NCBI GenBank assembly: GCA_003971905.1
Contig: RSEE01000089.1
Span: 62,001 to 126,000 of the forward strand
DNA length: 64,000 nt
Origin: Moniliella sp. 'wahieum'
Taxonomy: Eukaryota
Reading direction: 5' to 3'
Program-made: the position numbers and the translations under genes
Notes under the pieces: model-generated
Database searches by the model: none
What the model saw: only the letters and a program-made list of their open reading frames with translations
What the model was told of the DNA's origin: nothing
Shown: one piece after another, positions 37,105-50,663 of the stretch
Layout: each line of letters opens with the position of its first letter
How positions within the stretch are numbered: position 1 is the first letter of the stretch

Positions 37105-37936
37105 TAGGGCCGCTATCTTTGTGGTGCCCTTCCGAAGAGAATAATGCCGTCAGTGCGTTGGGCCGTGTGCATGGGCAGTATATACTAGGTGTGAGAGGCA
37201 GTGAGAGTCGCCCAATCGCAATCGTGAAGAGGAAGAGGAAGAGGAGATGAAGAGGAAGAGTGACTAGTGACTGGTGACTGGCCGGTGACTGGTGATTACC
37301 AGAATCCCCTTGGAGAAGTTGGGCAGCCGACTGTCGTTGCGTTTTGACGCGTTCCAACGCGTCACGACTTGGCCTTCTGCTGCGTTTCAATTTGCTGTTT
37401 GCTTTCTGTCGGGGGCATTTTGCTGACGGACAGTGCAGCCGCGGCACCCCATTAGTAGCATCCGACGTGCCCATCTGGGGCCGGGGCGAGTCGGCACGTG
37501 CCGAGCAGTGCGCCCCTCTGCTGCCCAGGCACGGGGCCAGCCGGGCGGCCCAACCAGCCCATTCGGTCGGCCTGCTTATGTACGCAGCAGCGCCGAAAAG
37601 CTTCGCTGCAATCGCTGATCGCTGCAAACGGGCTTGCCACCACCACCACCTGGGGTATTCCTCCCCACGCGTCGCCCAACCGCACCTCCACTCCACATCC
37701 AAGCCATGCACGCCGACGCCACCCCGCCCGGCTCTACTGCCCCCGCCCCTCCGCCGTGGAAGCAGGCGAGGAACGTGTCGTTCCCCGCCCCCGCCTCGGT
37801 GTGACGCTCTCCACCCTCCTTCCCTCCCCCGCCCCAATCCGACGCGGAGATTTCTCGCTCGACGCGCCGCGCCGAGCAGCGCGTAGCCGCTCGCGCAAAC
37901 GACCCCACCTCCTCCACTGCCGCCGCAGCCTTGGCG

Positions 37937-40565
37937 ATGGCCGCCTCGTCCTTGGGCCCTCCCTCGATCCACGTCCCTCTCCCTGGCGATTCGGACCCCT
38001 TGCCGCCCAACCCCCCCTTTCCGCGCTCCTCGGCTCCCGCTTTGCCTGTCCTCCCCCCCGACCATCGCGAGGGGGAGAAGGACACACCCGCTTTGCCGGC
38101 AGATGTGCTGGGAGCGCTGCAGTCCATTGAGCAGGCCTTCAGCACTGCTCTTCCGACCAGGAGAGGGCAAGGGTACTGCAGCGCACACTGCGTGCCCGTG
38201 CGGTTCTGGGTCACGGCCCGCTCCCCCCTCCCGGCGGACCCACCTTTCTCAAGCACAGGTTGGACACCAGTTCCCCCAGTACGCCCAAACAGCCCATATT
38301 CCGCCGCATGTCCAACTTACCACGGGGGCTCCTTCCTCTACCCCGATTTCCGCCCTGCCGCACACCTCCTCCGGCTCCCCTCAACCCCTCAGTTTGTCCC
38401 GCTCCTGGGCATTCTGGCCCGGCCGCCGGGCCGGCGCCGGCACCGGCACCGGGACATTCGCCTATTCCTGCTAATCCTGGTGCTGCTGTCGGTGCTGATA
38501 CTGATGCGCCTCCCCCTCCTCCCCCCCCGCCCCTCCCCTGGAACCTGCTTCTGCCCCGTCTTATGTTCCTCCCCCTTCTGCTGCTGCTGCCGCCGCTGCC
38601 CAAGCTATTGCTGCTGCCCAAGCTGCCGCCGCCACTGCTGCCACTGCGCCCCCGCGTCTGCATCGGCCCCCCATCCCCTTGCGGGGGTAGCGACAACATC
38701 AATGGCATCGCCAACCGTTACACCGTCAGCATCGGAGCATTCGAGCTCGGCGATTCCGCTTCCTCCGGCAGGTGCGTCGAACAGTGCGACTTCGGCCGGT
38801 TTTTCCGTTGGACCTCAGGCAGGACCATGAATCAGCGCCCCTGTGCCAGAGACGTGGATCAGCAATGTAGTGCCGAGTCAACGGGAAAATGTGCCGGCGT
38901 GCGACCGATGCCGCTCGCAGAAGCTCAAGTGCGACAAGAAGATGCCCTGTGGGCGGTGTGTGAGCTGAAACACCAATGCACACGAAACGACGTGTTGATG
39001 CGACGTGGCCCGCCCACGCGGCTGCAACGCGAAATCTTTAAGCACATTGGCCTGGAGTACCGTACCTTCCGGGACCGTTTGGCGGAAAAACGAGAGGCGC
39101 GTCTGCTGGCCCTTGGAATCGGCCCGGACGGCCTCCCCCTCGCTTCTCAATCTCAAGACGGCACGGGCGACCCAGCCCAACTCTCGGCCGCTGCCGCCGC
39201 GGCACTGGCCAATCGCTCTGCCCCGTCCCTGGAGAAAACCCGTACTGGCGCTCGGTTCCAGCTCCATGTTCCAGCCTATGTCGCGGCCAAGCATAAGGCT
39301 GAAGCTCGCCAGGCGGCGCTGCAAGCTGGCATCCAGCCTCCCGCCGTCAGTCCCAGCACGCCCCCTGTTCAAGCCCGCTCTACCCCTCTACCGCTCGAGG
39401 GGGAAGCTTCGGAGCAAGCGGCCGTCGCTGCGGCTGCGGCTGCGGCAGCAGCTGCTTTCCTCCCTTCCAATGGCCACTCTATCCGTTTGGCGTATTAGAT
39501 TCGGACGAATTGCATGCATTCGTACAAGGCTACGCGGAAGCTGCTGCGGCGCAGGCCCAGGCTTCTCCTCACCCGGACCCACCGAGCGGACCGGAACCGA
39601 CGCCTTCGGAACCGGATGCACCTCCGCCTGTGCCTCCTCCTGCGCCGGCCCCCGCGTTACCCCTACAAGAAGGCACGTTCAATCCGGACTTTTACACCAC
39701 GGTGGCGGACCATGCGGATCGTGAGGCGGGGGAAGAGAAGGAGCCTGATCCACCAGCTCCCACCGACCCAGTCCCAACCACCAGCACCAATGGTGGCAAC
39801 AATGTGCACCGCGTGTACGGTCGTTTCCCGCACCCACACCCTACCCCCTCTCGGCCGCATGCGTGGGCACGTCGACCAGTGCTGGCGCAACAAGAGACGG
39901 GCGCCATGTCGCTGGCCGATGCGGTCGGGGCCAGTTCGCGGGCTACCAGCCCGCTGCCCGATGCACCAGCGACCACGAACGAAGCGGCGATCGAGGCATT
40001 GTTGTTGTTGCGGGACCATGGCCATGCAGGGGACGCCGAGGTACCGGACACGCCGCACGAACGCAGGATTCAGATCCACCCCATCCTTCTGCTGCCCCAC
40101 CGGCCGAGACCGAGGACCCCGCCCCGCTTTTGCCCAGCGCACCGTTGGATGCCCAAGCGACGGAGTCTACGTTGCAGCCGACCGAGCAAGGTGGGCAGGT
40201 GCCGCCTCCACCTGCGCTGGAAGAGGCGCAGACACGCACCAGAGCACCAGCAGCCGTCCCAGGAACAAGAGCCGACGCAAGAGCAGCCGACGCAAGAGCA
40301 TCAACGGGCCTCCTTGCTTCGGCGGCGCAGGGTCTGGTACCGACGGGGGAGCTCCCCCCACGACCGAGGAGCGAGAGGGACGTGGCCCCGACGCGACCGA
40401 GGTGCCGGAGGGCGTGGCTCACATGGTAGCGCTTGGCCGGAGGATGGGCCGGATGTGGCGGCGTCGGGCAGCAGCAAGCGCCGGCGGGACGCGGGGGAGG
40501 CGACCGAGGCAGAGGCAGAGGCCGAGGCAGACGCGTTGCTGTCCAAGCGGCTGCGTGCCGAGTAA
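37937..40565 (+). CDS. Zn(II)2Cys6 (GAL4-type) transcription factor
   Basis: 38900-38979 encodes CDRCRSQKLKCDKKMPCGRCV-x-LKHQC with one indel, followed by RRGPP. Flanks are low complexity. Confidence 0.8.
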
Positions 40566-41327
40566 GAGGGGTCGGACGTTGTTCAGCGTTCACCGTTGTA
40601 CGTGATCGGTGGTCCTGGTTGGGGGAGGACGGAGAGCCCAGCCGGAGAGAGAGAGATGGGACATTTGCGCAATTCTTACTGATTTGACCGTCGAGCTGGA
40701 GCGCTGGAAGAAGCAGCGGCGTGTGTGCCCCCAGACGTAGTGGGTACTTTAGCGTTCTACTTGGCAGTAATTTTGGTAGGGCCATGCTGGAAGGCAGTTC
40801 GGGAGGAAAGTTGAAATGTTGATCCGCAGCGTCGCTCGCGTGCTTGATAGCTGTCCAGATCACGCATCGCGCTTGGATGGCCGGTGACCGATCAAGGATC
40901 GCTGGCTCAGGCGGCGGCTCGCGCGCAGCACCCCGCCGCCGCTGGCTGGCGCCGTGCCTGCACCCCCTGCGGCGGCAGGGGGGGAGTGGCACGTGGTGCA
41001 TGCCCAGCCAACCCTAGGTCTGGGAGCCCGCGTCGTCGCCGGCGCGTGGCGCGGGGGCAGTGTTGGGTGCCGCGGCGTCGCGGGAGGCGGCACGGGGGCA
41101 GCGAGCGAGCGCACACCACTCGCCACTGGGCTGGTGCGGCACACAGGAGCAGGCGGCCGCTGGCTGGCTGGCTGGCTGGGACCTGGCGCCTGGCAGGTGG
41201 CAGGTGAGGTGGCAGGTGGCAGTCGCCTGCCTCCGTTCTGCTCTGCTCGGCTCGCCTCGCCTCGGCTCTTTCGCCCCCCCCCCTTCTCCAGCTCGGCGCC
41301 ACCACCCTCCTCTGGCATCTGTTCGCG

Positions 41328-42114
<787 letters not shown>

Positions 42115-42599
42115 ATGCAAGGGTAGGGATCTGTTACCAGTTCGGATTTGTTGGGATCCGGATTGGGATCGCCGTCTTGGGTTCCTGCTCCTGGCTTTTT
42201 TCTCGAGGGGGCGAGGATCGTAGGGCCGATCCCCATGTACCGATGATAGCCCTCTATAGCCCTCTTCTGCCACCATTGCTATCGATCGTCATTGGCCTAT
42301 TCTGCAGGGATGGTAGATTGCCTGGTGGGGTCAATTGGTTTCGGGCCAGCCATGACACATTAATTGTTAAGCTTGAAGGTCAATTCGAGGCGAGACAACC
42401 CCTGTCTCGCCCGTTGACGTAACAGAACCAGCGGCGCAGAGAGTAGTGTGGGTGGGGGTTAGTACTTAGTACTTAAGTGGTGAACCATGAATGACCGCCG
42501 GAAGTGCGGTGCAGGCGAAGAAAAAAACATAGATTCCCAACTGCTGCTTTTCTTGGGCCTATATATTATCGCCGGTCAACGCAATGCAACCACCTTTTC

Positions 42600-43215
42600 T
42601 CAGAACGGTACTACCCAGCAGCACAGGGCGGGGCTCAAGAAGGGAGGGAGGTGGTGCAAGGGGAACGTTGTTCTCGACGCAGAGGATGAACCGGTTGGAG
42701 CCCCCAAGCATATCTCCCTCTGCTCCTTTTTCTCTGCCTCTTTCCTTGCCTCCTTCTTTGCAAGCGCCACTGCCTTCCCCTCCCCATCCCTGCTACTCTG
42801 CCTTGGTGTATTCGCCCGATGGCTAGCAATTACGTCCTCTTCTCTTCCTGCGCAGCACAACACAGTTCCAGTTCCACCGTTGAACTGCTCATTGATCCGA
42901 GACCGGTTGGGTCAAGTTGACGACCCTATCCTCACACCCCATGCGCAACCTGGGCGTCCTACGCATCCATTCGCCAACTGGCCACTTGTCTTTGTCCTCT
43001 CAGCAACCCCCACCCTCCCTCTGTCGCGTCGAGATCAAGATCACGGTCTTGGCATCGACATCAAGACGCAGAGACGCACAGGACTGCTGTACCCGCCTCG
43101 ATCGTGCAGCGCTGGTCTTGGCTGGACTCCCTTCGCTGTCCACAGGCGCAAGGTGGTGGCGGGTAGGGACGCCCAGGCACACCCAGGGTGCAGGAACGGG
43201 GTCTTGCTTGACATG
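42600..43215 (-). CDS. Hypothetical protein, faint resemblance to the RWDD2/DUF1115 C-terminal domain
   Basis: HHL...LRL...GRPG pattern across frameshifted ORFs. Weak. Confidence 0.25.
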
Positions 43216-44147
43216 TAGGCGGCGGCGCTCCATCTCTCCCCTTTGCTCGTTACGGGACGGGACACTACGGCGTCCGCGCCGCAGGGAGCGCAACGGGTGC
43301 ACACAAGGGGGAGGGAGGATGGGGAGGCAAAAAGAACAGTGGATTGCTTCGATTAGATTAGTATCGTTTACTACGAGCATGTGAATACCACTGGCTCGAG
43401 TAAAGTAGGTCACGCGACGAAGGCGCTAGTTGGTACCCGATACCACGTGGGCGGTAGCCGACAACGACCTGTTGGTCCGTGGGAGCTTTGCCGCCGGAGC
43501 AGGCGGGGCGGAGCGAGTCGGGGAGGGGTGGCAAGCGGGATGACTTGATGACCAGGGATCGATCGATGGCGATGGTCGAATTGATCGCGAATGGCTTTGA
43601 AACTTTGTGTTGTGAGCCCGTGTTTGGTCGGGTCACTCGGTCACTAGCTAGCTCGTCCCTGCTAGTGGTAGATCTTATCCCCAAGTGCTAAGGCTTAAGG
43701 ATAAACACGTTCGAACCCCCACCCCCCTGAACCGAATCAAAGGGATGCGTGAGGCGAGGCATGGCTGGTGGCCCACCGCAGTGGACCCTCGAAGCGGTCC
43801 CCCCAAAGGAGGCGGGCCAGGAGGCAGTGATATATGGATGCTGTGGTGTGGATGATAGATGATGCAATGATGGATCATGCATTGCTGGGATGCCCGTGCG
43901 ATGCGTTTGCCACTGGCCTGACCGAGGGCAGTTGGGCAGTCTTGTGAAGCGGCTGAGCGGAGAGCAGCTGATTGCATCTCCAAGAACACCCGTTTATTAT
44001 CGCGGACCGATTAGGCGATTACGACGGGATGATTCATCCTACAAATAAGCAACGGTTGGTGGGCTTACTGTGGTTTGGTTCGGCCCGCCTCTCTTTTTCT
44101 CCCCCCACCTCCACACTCACCTCCGTTGCTCCTTCCCCTCTCCTCCC

Positions 44148-44477
44148 ATGTCGTCTGGCTTCCGTGCATTCAAGAAGTACTGGTACGCGCCCGAGGCGGT
44201 GCCCATCTACATCTTCACTGGCGGTGCGTTCGCCGGGTCGATGTGGTACCTCTACCGACTCTCACAGGTCCGACCATCGTGTGGAACCACAAGGAGAACC
44301 CCGAGCCTTGGAACAAGATTACCCCCGGTACTAACACCAAGCTGGTCACGATCAACGTACGTGCTCCTCTCCTATGCGCTGAGCCGGAATTTTGGACCGT
44401 GGTGTGAACAGTTTGGACTGACCTTTGATCCCTGCGTGCCACAGCAAGACTTTGACCGCCAGTACAAGCGCGAGTAA
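44148..44477 (+). CDS. NDUFA4/MLRQ (B12D-like) mitochondrial subunit
   Basis: PEAVPIY + TM helix + YLYRL, then PTIVWNHKENPEPWNKI...KLVTIN. Intron 44357-44444. One indel near 44268. Confidence 0.85.
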   Translation: MSSGFRAFKKYWYAPEAVPIYIFTGGAFAGSMWYLYRLSQVRPSCGTTRRTPSLGTRLPPVLTPSWSRSTYVLLSYALSRNFGPWCEQFGLTFDPCVPQQDFDRQYKRE

Positions 44478-44873
44478 GGCACGCAACCTATCATCGGAGG
44501 GCATCTACTACCTAGCTTTTGCACTACGCTGCTTTGGAAAGGGAGAGACGTGTCCATCGAACCTTTGGTGGGCAGAGGTGGTACACTTGGGTACCGTCTA
44601 TGGAAATTCATTATGCTTGTCTTATGCTTGTTTCATGCGTATAATAGTGTCTCATATTTGCGTCATGCCCTGCCTCAACATCACTGGTGGAGCCGCCACC
44701 CCTCTCGATAATAGCACACAGCCCCAGATTGCCCCCCATCCACCATCCTACCGTGCCAGCAAGTGTCAGCCTGCTTGAGTACTGGGATGCTTGTGAAAAG
44801 TAATACCTGTTGGGTCCCAGGTCAGACCGGGCCCGAACAACGACAACGAGACAATAAGAGGCCGACAAAGGCA

Positions 44874-44940
44874 TGGATTGGATTGGATGGATTCTTGGAT
44901 TGGATTGGACTGGATTGGATTGGACTGGATTGTATTGGAT
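44874..44940. repeat. (GGATT/GGACT)n pentamer microsatellite
   Basis: Imperfect tandem pentamers read directly. Confidence 0.85.
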
Positions 44941-45885
44941 CGTCACGTGTCACCGAGGCAACCCGGGAACCCACTGGGGTCTGGGGAACCGGTTCCACCT
45001 ATATATCTGACAAACTGGCAGAGGAACCCAACCCCCAAAAAAGAGAAGCAAGGGCCAAAGGTTGGAGCGCAACCACAGTACCCGTGGCCAAACAGAAAAA
45101 TGAAACAAAAATGGCCCACGTAAAACGCAGCGCATCATAACGAAAAACGCAACGCAACTCAACCACCCAACCCAACTGACCACGGCCACCGCCACCGCCA
45201 CCGACCGTTCCCCGTACCCCGTACCCCGGTACCCGGTACCCTCTCCTCGGGGTCACACGCCCACACGTGGGCGCAGAAGGTAAAGACCGAGTGCATAAGT
45301 AGGGGAAGGTGGTGGGGGGAGCACGTCGCCTGCCCAAATACAGCACAGGTCCAGATGAACGCGCAAAGGAAGGGAGGGGTTGTGGGCCGGTACTGCGGCA
45401 TCAGTGGACCACATGGGTGCGAGATGCAGTACCAACTCCTCCTCCTCCCCCCCCCCCCGCCGGCGCCCCCCGACTCACACACCACGCAACACGCAACACA
45501 CATACCCAGATATGCAGATGCAGATGTACTCGACAGCGATGCGCATGGGAGAGAGCAAGTCCGGTCCACGGAACGGAAGACCTACGGCCAACCGACCGCC
45601 CTGCCCGGCCGTAAGGAAAAGTGAGACAGAAAAAAGAGTTGGAGTAGGTTGATCAGGTCACAAGGCACGACCCTGACCATACCCCAACTGTATCCCGAAC
45701 CACTGGGCTCCCGACTCATGATGACAAGGGCAAGGTCCAGTGCAGGACAGGAACCTGGACCAGAGCCACTTGTAGAGGAGCAAGGAAGCTGTGACTGTAG
45801 ACGGACATGACACGGACAGAGACAGGGAGACTGCAGAGTAACAGTACTCTTACTCCATCCGGCGCCGTTTATGGTCGCCTTCCTC

Positions 45886-48800
45886 GTCAGCCCGACCTTT
45901 GAGCATCAAGCCACCAGGGGTTCGTCCCAACTGGCCTTGTGAGCCTGCGCACGCGTTGCTGGTAATGGTTCAGCCTGCGATTGGACAGGAAAGGTCCCCA
46001 CGGAAATGCGGACCGGAACAGTCGTTGCAGATCGGGTGGGAAGTGTGGCCGTGGCTATTCCTGCGGCTCTGGCTCTGGCTCTGGCTCTGGCCTTGGCTGG
46101 GGGAGCGGCGGGGACGAGCAAGATGGGTCGGGGAAGAAGAGCGGGTATCACGACTGGAAGTTTCCGGTTCCCGTTTTACATCCGCTTCTTCCTTTTCCCC
46201 AAAGCTGGTGGACCCTTTACGTTTGGAAGGGACGGCAGCCGCGCCCGAACGTCTTGCACTTCGGTCCCACCCGGCCGAGCGCGGGGGCGAGGTGGGCGAG
46301 ACCGAGGCCAACGCGTGGCTTTCCGACCGGGACGACGAGCTCGACGTGGCGAAGGCATGGAGGGCAAACTTTCCCGCTCAGACGCGTCGCTCGTGTCCCC
46401 CCGTCCACTGGGCGGTACCGAACTCCGTGCCCGGGCAGCCACGTGGGACGTACTGCCGCCAGGGTCCGTCCGTACGGGCGACGTGCGCCCAAGGCCCGGA
46501 GACCCAGCCAACTGCGGGGGTGCACGACGAGGGTCCGAGGTAGTTGAACCAAGGGCGTTGGGAGGAGGCTTGGATGACCCCGCTGGCGCCGTGGAGTGGC
46601 TGACCTCGATTGGGATGGGGATACTCCCCAACGGGAGGGACGAGGCAAAGCGGTCGCCGAGGAAGCGCATGTCGTTGTCGTGGGCACTGCACTATCTCCC
46701 GATTGGGTTTGCTTCTTCTGCAAAACACGGGGACGAGGGAGGGGTTGAAGATGGTGCCGTGGCCGTCGCGCTGGGCCGGGAAGAAACTTCGGCTGAGCTA
46801 TCTGCGCGAGGGGGCGTGGAACCGTGACCAGGGGCGGGTGCACGAGCCGAGGGAAGTGGCACGTCTGTTGCTTGCAGACTAGTACGACGAGAAGAGGAAG
46901 CCGAATGGGTCGAGGTGACGGCTCTAGCAGTTGAGCCCCCAGTCAACCTCGACGGTTCTGCATTACCATCATTTGGTAAGATCCACTTGATGCCTGTCTC
47001 GCCCGAGAAACGTTCGGTAAAGAGCTGGACAAACTCAGCCCAAGTCATCTCCGAATCGTCCTGGTCAAAGGCTTGCACCAGCTTGGGGTACCATCTTGCA
47101 GGCGGACCCGAAGGCAACACAGCCGAGATGGCTTGTAGCCGCCTCGGTTCCGAAAGAGACGCATGCACGCCCTCCTGCACACGAAGCCAATGACGGGCAT
47201 CTGTCGTACTGTGCCGCTCGAGCGAGCGAAAACGGGGATTCCGTCCGGCGGATCCGGCCTGCGCTTCAACATCCGTGCCTGCCGACGGCAGTACAGACTG
47301 GGTGTTCGAGGCAGAGGGCGACCCTGAAGATAGGAGCGGGGCGGAAAGAGGGGGTGAAGCAAAGGACATGGTCGGACTGACAGGCTTTTGCTGGGAAGCA
47401 AGAACCACGCTTTGATCGTCGTCCAGATCCATCTCACATACCGAGTCTCTGGGAGCATTTACATCGCGACGCTCGACCTGCTTCGAGAACGACTGACGCT
47501 CCTGTGATCGCGTAGCCGTCTTACCCTGCTGGAACGGACGGCCTTCATCTTTGCCCTGTTGTTGTTGCCGAACCGGTTGAGCCTGCGGAGCGGGCTTGGT
47601 CGGTTGCGCCGAAGAGGCTTGCTTCGCATCTTGAGCCACCTTGCTGGCGTCGTGCATCGCATTGGTCTTGTGTGCCGGCTTTGCCTCTTGGGTCCGTTTG
47701 GCCTGGTGCGCCTCTCGGGTCTGTTGATCCCGTTGAGTGGGCTCAGACTTAGGTACCTGCGGCGAGTGGCGCGCCTCAACGGCTTGCTGCCCATGAGCAT
47801 TATCCTGTTGAGGTGACTGTTGTAGGCTTGCCTGCCGGCCCCGCTCGGTCTGTTTCACCACATAGTCGTGATTGTCCTGCCGCGCTTGCTTTGGCTGCTG
47901 GGCTTGCTTGGGTTGCTGGGCGTGCTTTGGCTGCTGGGCTTGCTTTGGCTGCTGGACCTGCTTAGGCTGCTGGGCCTGCTGAGTCTGCTTGGCCTGTTTG
48001 GCCTGCTTTGGTTGTTTAGCCTGCTTTGGTTGCTGGGTCTGCTTTGGCTGCTGAGCCTGCTGTTGAGCCTGCTGCTGAGCCTGCTGCTGGGCCTGAGACC
48101 ACTGGGCCCATTGAGTCCACTGGGCCTGCTGTTGGGCGAGATGAGGCGGAAGAACCAGTTGAGCCTGTTGGGCAGAGTACAACTGTGGGACCTGAGGTGG
48201 CTGCTGTCCTTGGGCCCCGGGCATGGCCTGTTGGTCCCAACGGCCCGGCGGGGCCTGCTGGATCGGTTGGACTCCCGGTGCCAGCGACGGCATCAGATTC
48301 CAAGTCATGGTCAACTGAGCCGTTTCCGTTTGGATCATCGCCCGCACGTCTTCCCGAAGCGACGTCCAAGCCAGCTCGACCGCCGCTTGGCTCGCTGTCT
48401 TGGCCCCCTCATCGATCAGCGGCCGGAGCTGTTGGTCCACTTCGGCGAGCAAGAGGGGCCGCAGCTCCTTGGCCATTTCACTGTGGAGCCAGGGACGTAA
48501 TTCAGCTTCCAACTCGGTACGAATTTGTGGTCGCAGTTTCTTCCACCTCGGTGCGGAGGTGTGGTCGTAGTTCCTCTTCCACCTCGGTGCGGAGGTGTGG
48601 TCGTAGTTCCTGTTCCACCTCGGTGCGGAGTTGTGGTCGCAGTTCCTTGGTCAACTCGGTGCGCAGTTGGTTTGTGAGGGTGTCCAACAGTTCCGCTTGT
48701 AATTGCGTGCGAGCCTTGTCCACCTCTCCGGGCACTCTCTCCTGTACCCATTGCATCGCTTCCGATTGTACTGCCTTGGTCACGTCAGCGGTCACCCCCA

Positions 48801-49473
48801 ACGTTTCCATCGCGTTGGTCAAGGAGCTGCGAGAGAGCAAGGTCGAGTTGACTTGGTCTTTGGTGCGAGCCAACACGTCATTCATCACCTGTTCCCGCAC
48901 TTCCGACAAGGTAGTTTCCTGTGCCTTTTGCATCTCCTCAATGCGCGTACGCCAATCGTTTTCCAACGCTTGGATGCGTTCCTCGGTATTGGCCGACCAG
49001 GCGCGTTGGTTGCGCGCCTCCTCCTTAGTGGACTCGGTCAGGGCGCTACTGACGGCCACCAGGAGTTTATTGAACAACTCTTCCTTCAACCCTCGACTTT
49101 GGTCCTGCGTTCGTTCCACCTCCTGACCCAGGGCTAGCACCACCTCTTCCACCTGCTGGAACGAATGGCCGAGGTGCAAGGACTACTCGGCCCCGACCGT
49201 ATGGAGCTTTTGGGTCATCACGTTGGAGGCCAATCGTTTAGCCTGGACCGTTGCGCGCTGCGACAGGCCCTGGCCGTCAGGCAACGGTTTAGTAGGCGCC
49301 GTTGTCGCTGTATCACGAAAGGGTGGGCGGGTAGGATCGGACCAGCGCTTGACCAGATCGTTGATCACTTTCTTCCATCCGAGCGTCGAGGTACGCGAGT
49401 GGCCTCCACTCGTGGTGGACAGCCCACTGCTTCTCCGAGGTGGCCGCGTGGAAGTAGAGGCACTGCGGCCCAT
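45886..49473 (-). CDS. Orphan protein: coiled coil, 12-aa and Q-rich repeats, retrotransposon Gag capsid-like segment, Cys/His knuckle
   Basis: Frameshifted ORF chain 49183-49482, 48502-49179, 46692-48512, 46176-46670, 45970-46311. ARHWL...ARWY...TWAEFVQLFTERF and CNDCSGPHFRGDLSC. Confidence 0.6.
47880..48095 (-). repeat. 18-bp and 12-bp coding repeats (QQPKQA, QQQA)
   Basis: Tandem units such as TTGCTTTGGCTGCTGGGC on the + strand. Confidence 0.85.
48525..48670 (-). repeat. 36-bp coding tandem repeat (ELRPHLRTEVEE), about 4 copies
   Basis: TGTGGTCGTAGTTCCTCTTCCACCTCGGTGCGGAGG repeated on the + strand. Confidence 0.9.
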
Positions 49474-50663
49474 GATGCGCACCCCCTCTCCTCGTTTGTG
49501 TGCCGCCCGAGCGCGGGGAGGTCGAGAGGCAAGCCGGTGTCACCCATGGTCGCGACAGGATGGACGTGGGGGGTGGGTCAGTGGGGCGTGGACACACGAG
49601 GCGGAGGGAGGGATGGATAGATGGAGGGAGGGAGGGAGGGGCAGGTGGAGGGCGGATGCGGGGCGCAAGAGGGAAGCGATGGTGGGGCGGCTGCTGGGCT
49701 GGGCCAGTCCGGGGGATTGGCGAGGGGGCGTGGAACTGAGATCGTGGGGACGACGGGGCGGGAGGAACAGTGCAATTGAATATTGAACGTTGAACGTTGC
49801 AGGTGCAGGTGCAGTTGAACCGAGCCTAGCGGTGCTGCTGGGCGTGGCCGTGCGCAGCGCTTTCTTTAGCCATGGCGCCTCCCTCTGCACTACGCCACTG
49901 TTGCCCCCACTTGACCTGCATCGGGGCGGGTGTAAGCTGCAGGCACACCCGCACAGCCGTCCAACGCCAGAATGGCCCAACGCCTAACCCACAACGCGCT
50001 ACTGCCGCCGGTCTGAACGTCTGAACCCTACATTCAATGTTCATCATGCATCGTACATCATGCATCACCCCCCCCTGGACGATTCCCGCACGCCACGCGT
50101 CACGTGCATCGCACGTTAGCCACGTTGAGGTCAGAGGTCAGAGGTCAGAGGGTAGAGACGAGGCGAGTCGATCGGTAGTAGGGGCGCCTGACAAGGTGCA
50201 ACCCAACCTACCTCCCGGAGGACATTCACACGCACGCACACGCACGCCCCAACTAAGAAATTGAAATTCGAGTATACCACCAGGGCCCATGCGCCCCTGA
50301 GAATCGATAAAAGTCAAAGCACCAAAGCAGAGTAGCGATCCAATCGTACACAAAGAACAGCCGAGCAAACGGGGCACACCCATGTTCCTCGAGGAACGTG
50401 CGGGAGAAGGGGGGATAATAAGGGAGCGGTAAAAGGGTAGGGTAAGGGTAAAAAAGCAAGGTAAAAAGGGGGAACCGAGCCAGGCGAAAAAAGGAGGCCG
50501 GTGAGAAGGAAGTTCAATTCGACTCGATTGGAGCCAAGTCGAGCCGAGTTGGTCCAACGAGAGACAGGCACGGAGGTATTATGGCAATGCCACCCGAGCT
50601 AGTCAACGGGCATACGCCATGTAGCATGTTGCATGTGGTATGGCAAACTTCAACCTTCAACCT

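Noticed and set aside
36983..38256. Long minus-strand ORFs opposite the Zn2Cys6 gene 5' region
   Set aside because: GC-rich shadow frames with no recognisable motifs.
48525..48670. 36-bp repeats resembling a CRISPR array in unit length
   Set aside because: No spacers. It is a coding tandem repeat in a eukaryotic gene.
47868..49126. Long + strand ORFs (Leu-rich 210 aa and 366 aa)
   Set aside because: Antisense shadows of the Q-rich and coiled-coil repeats on the minus strand.
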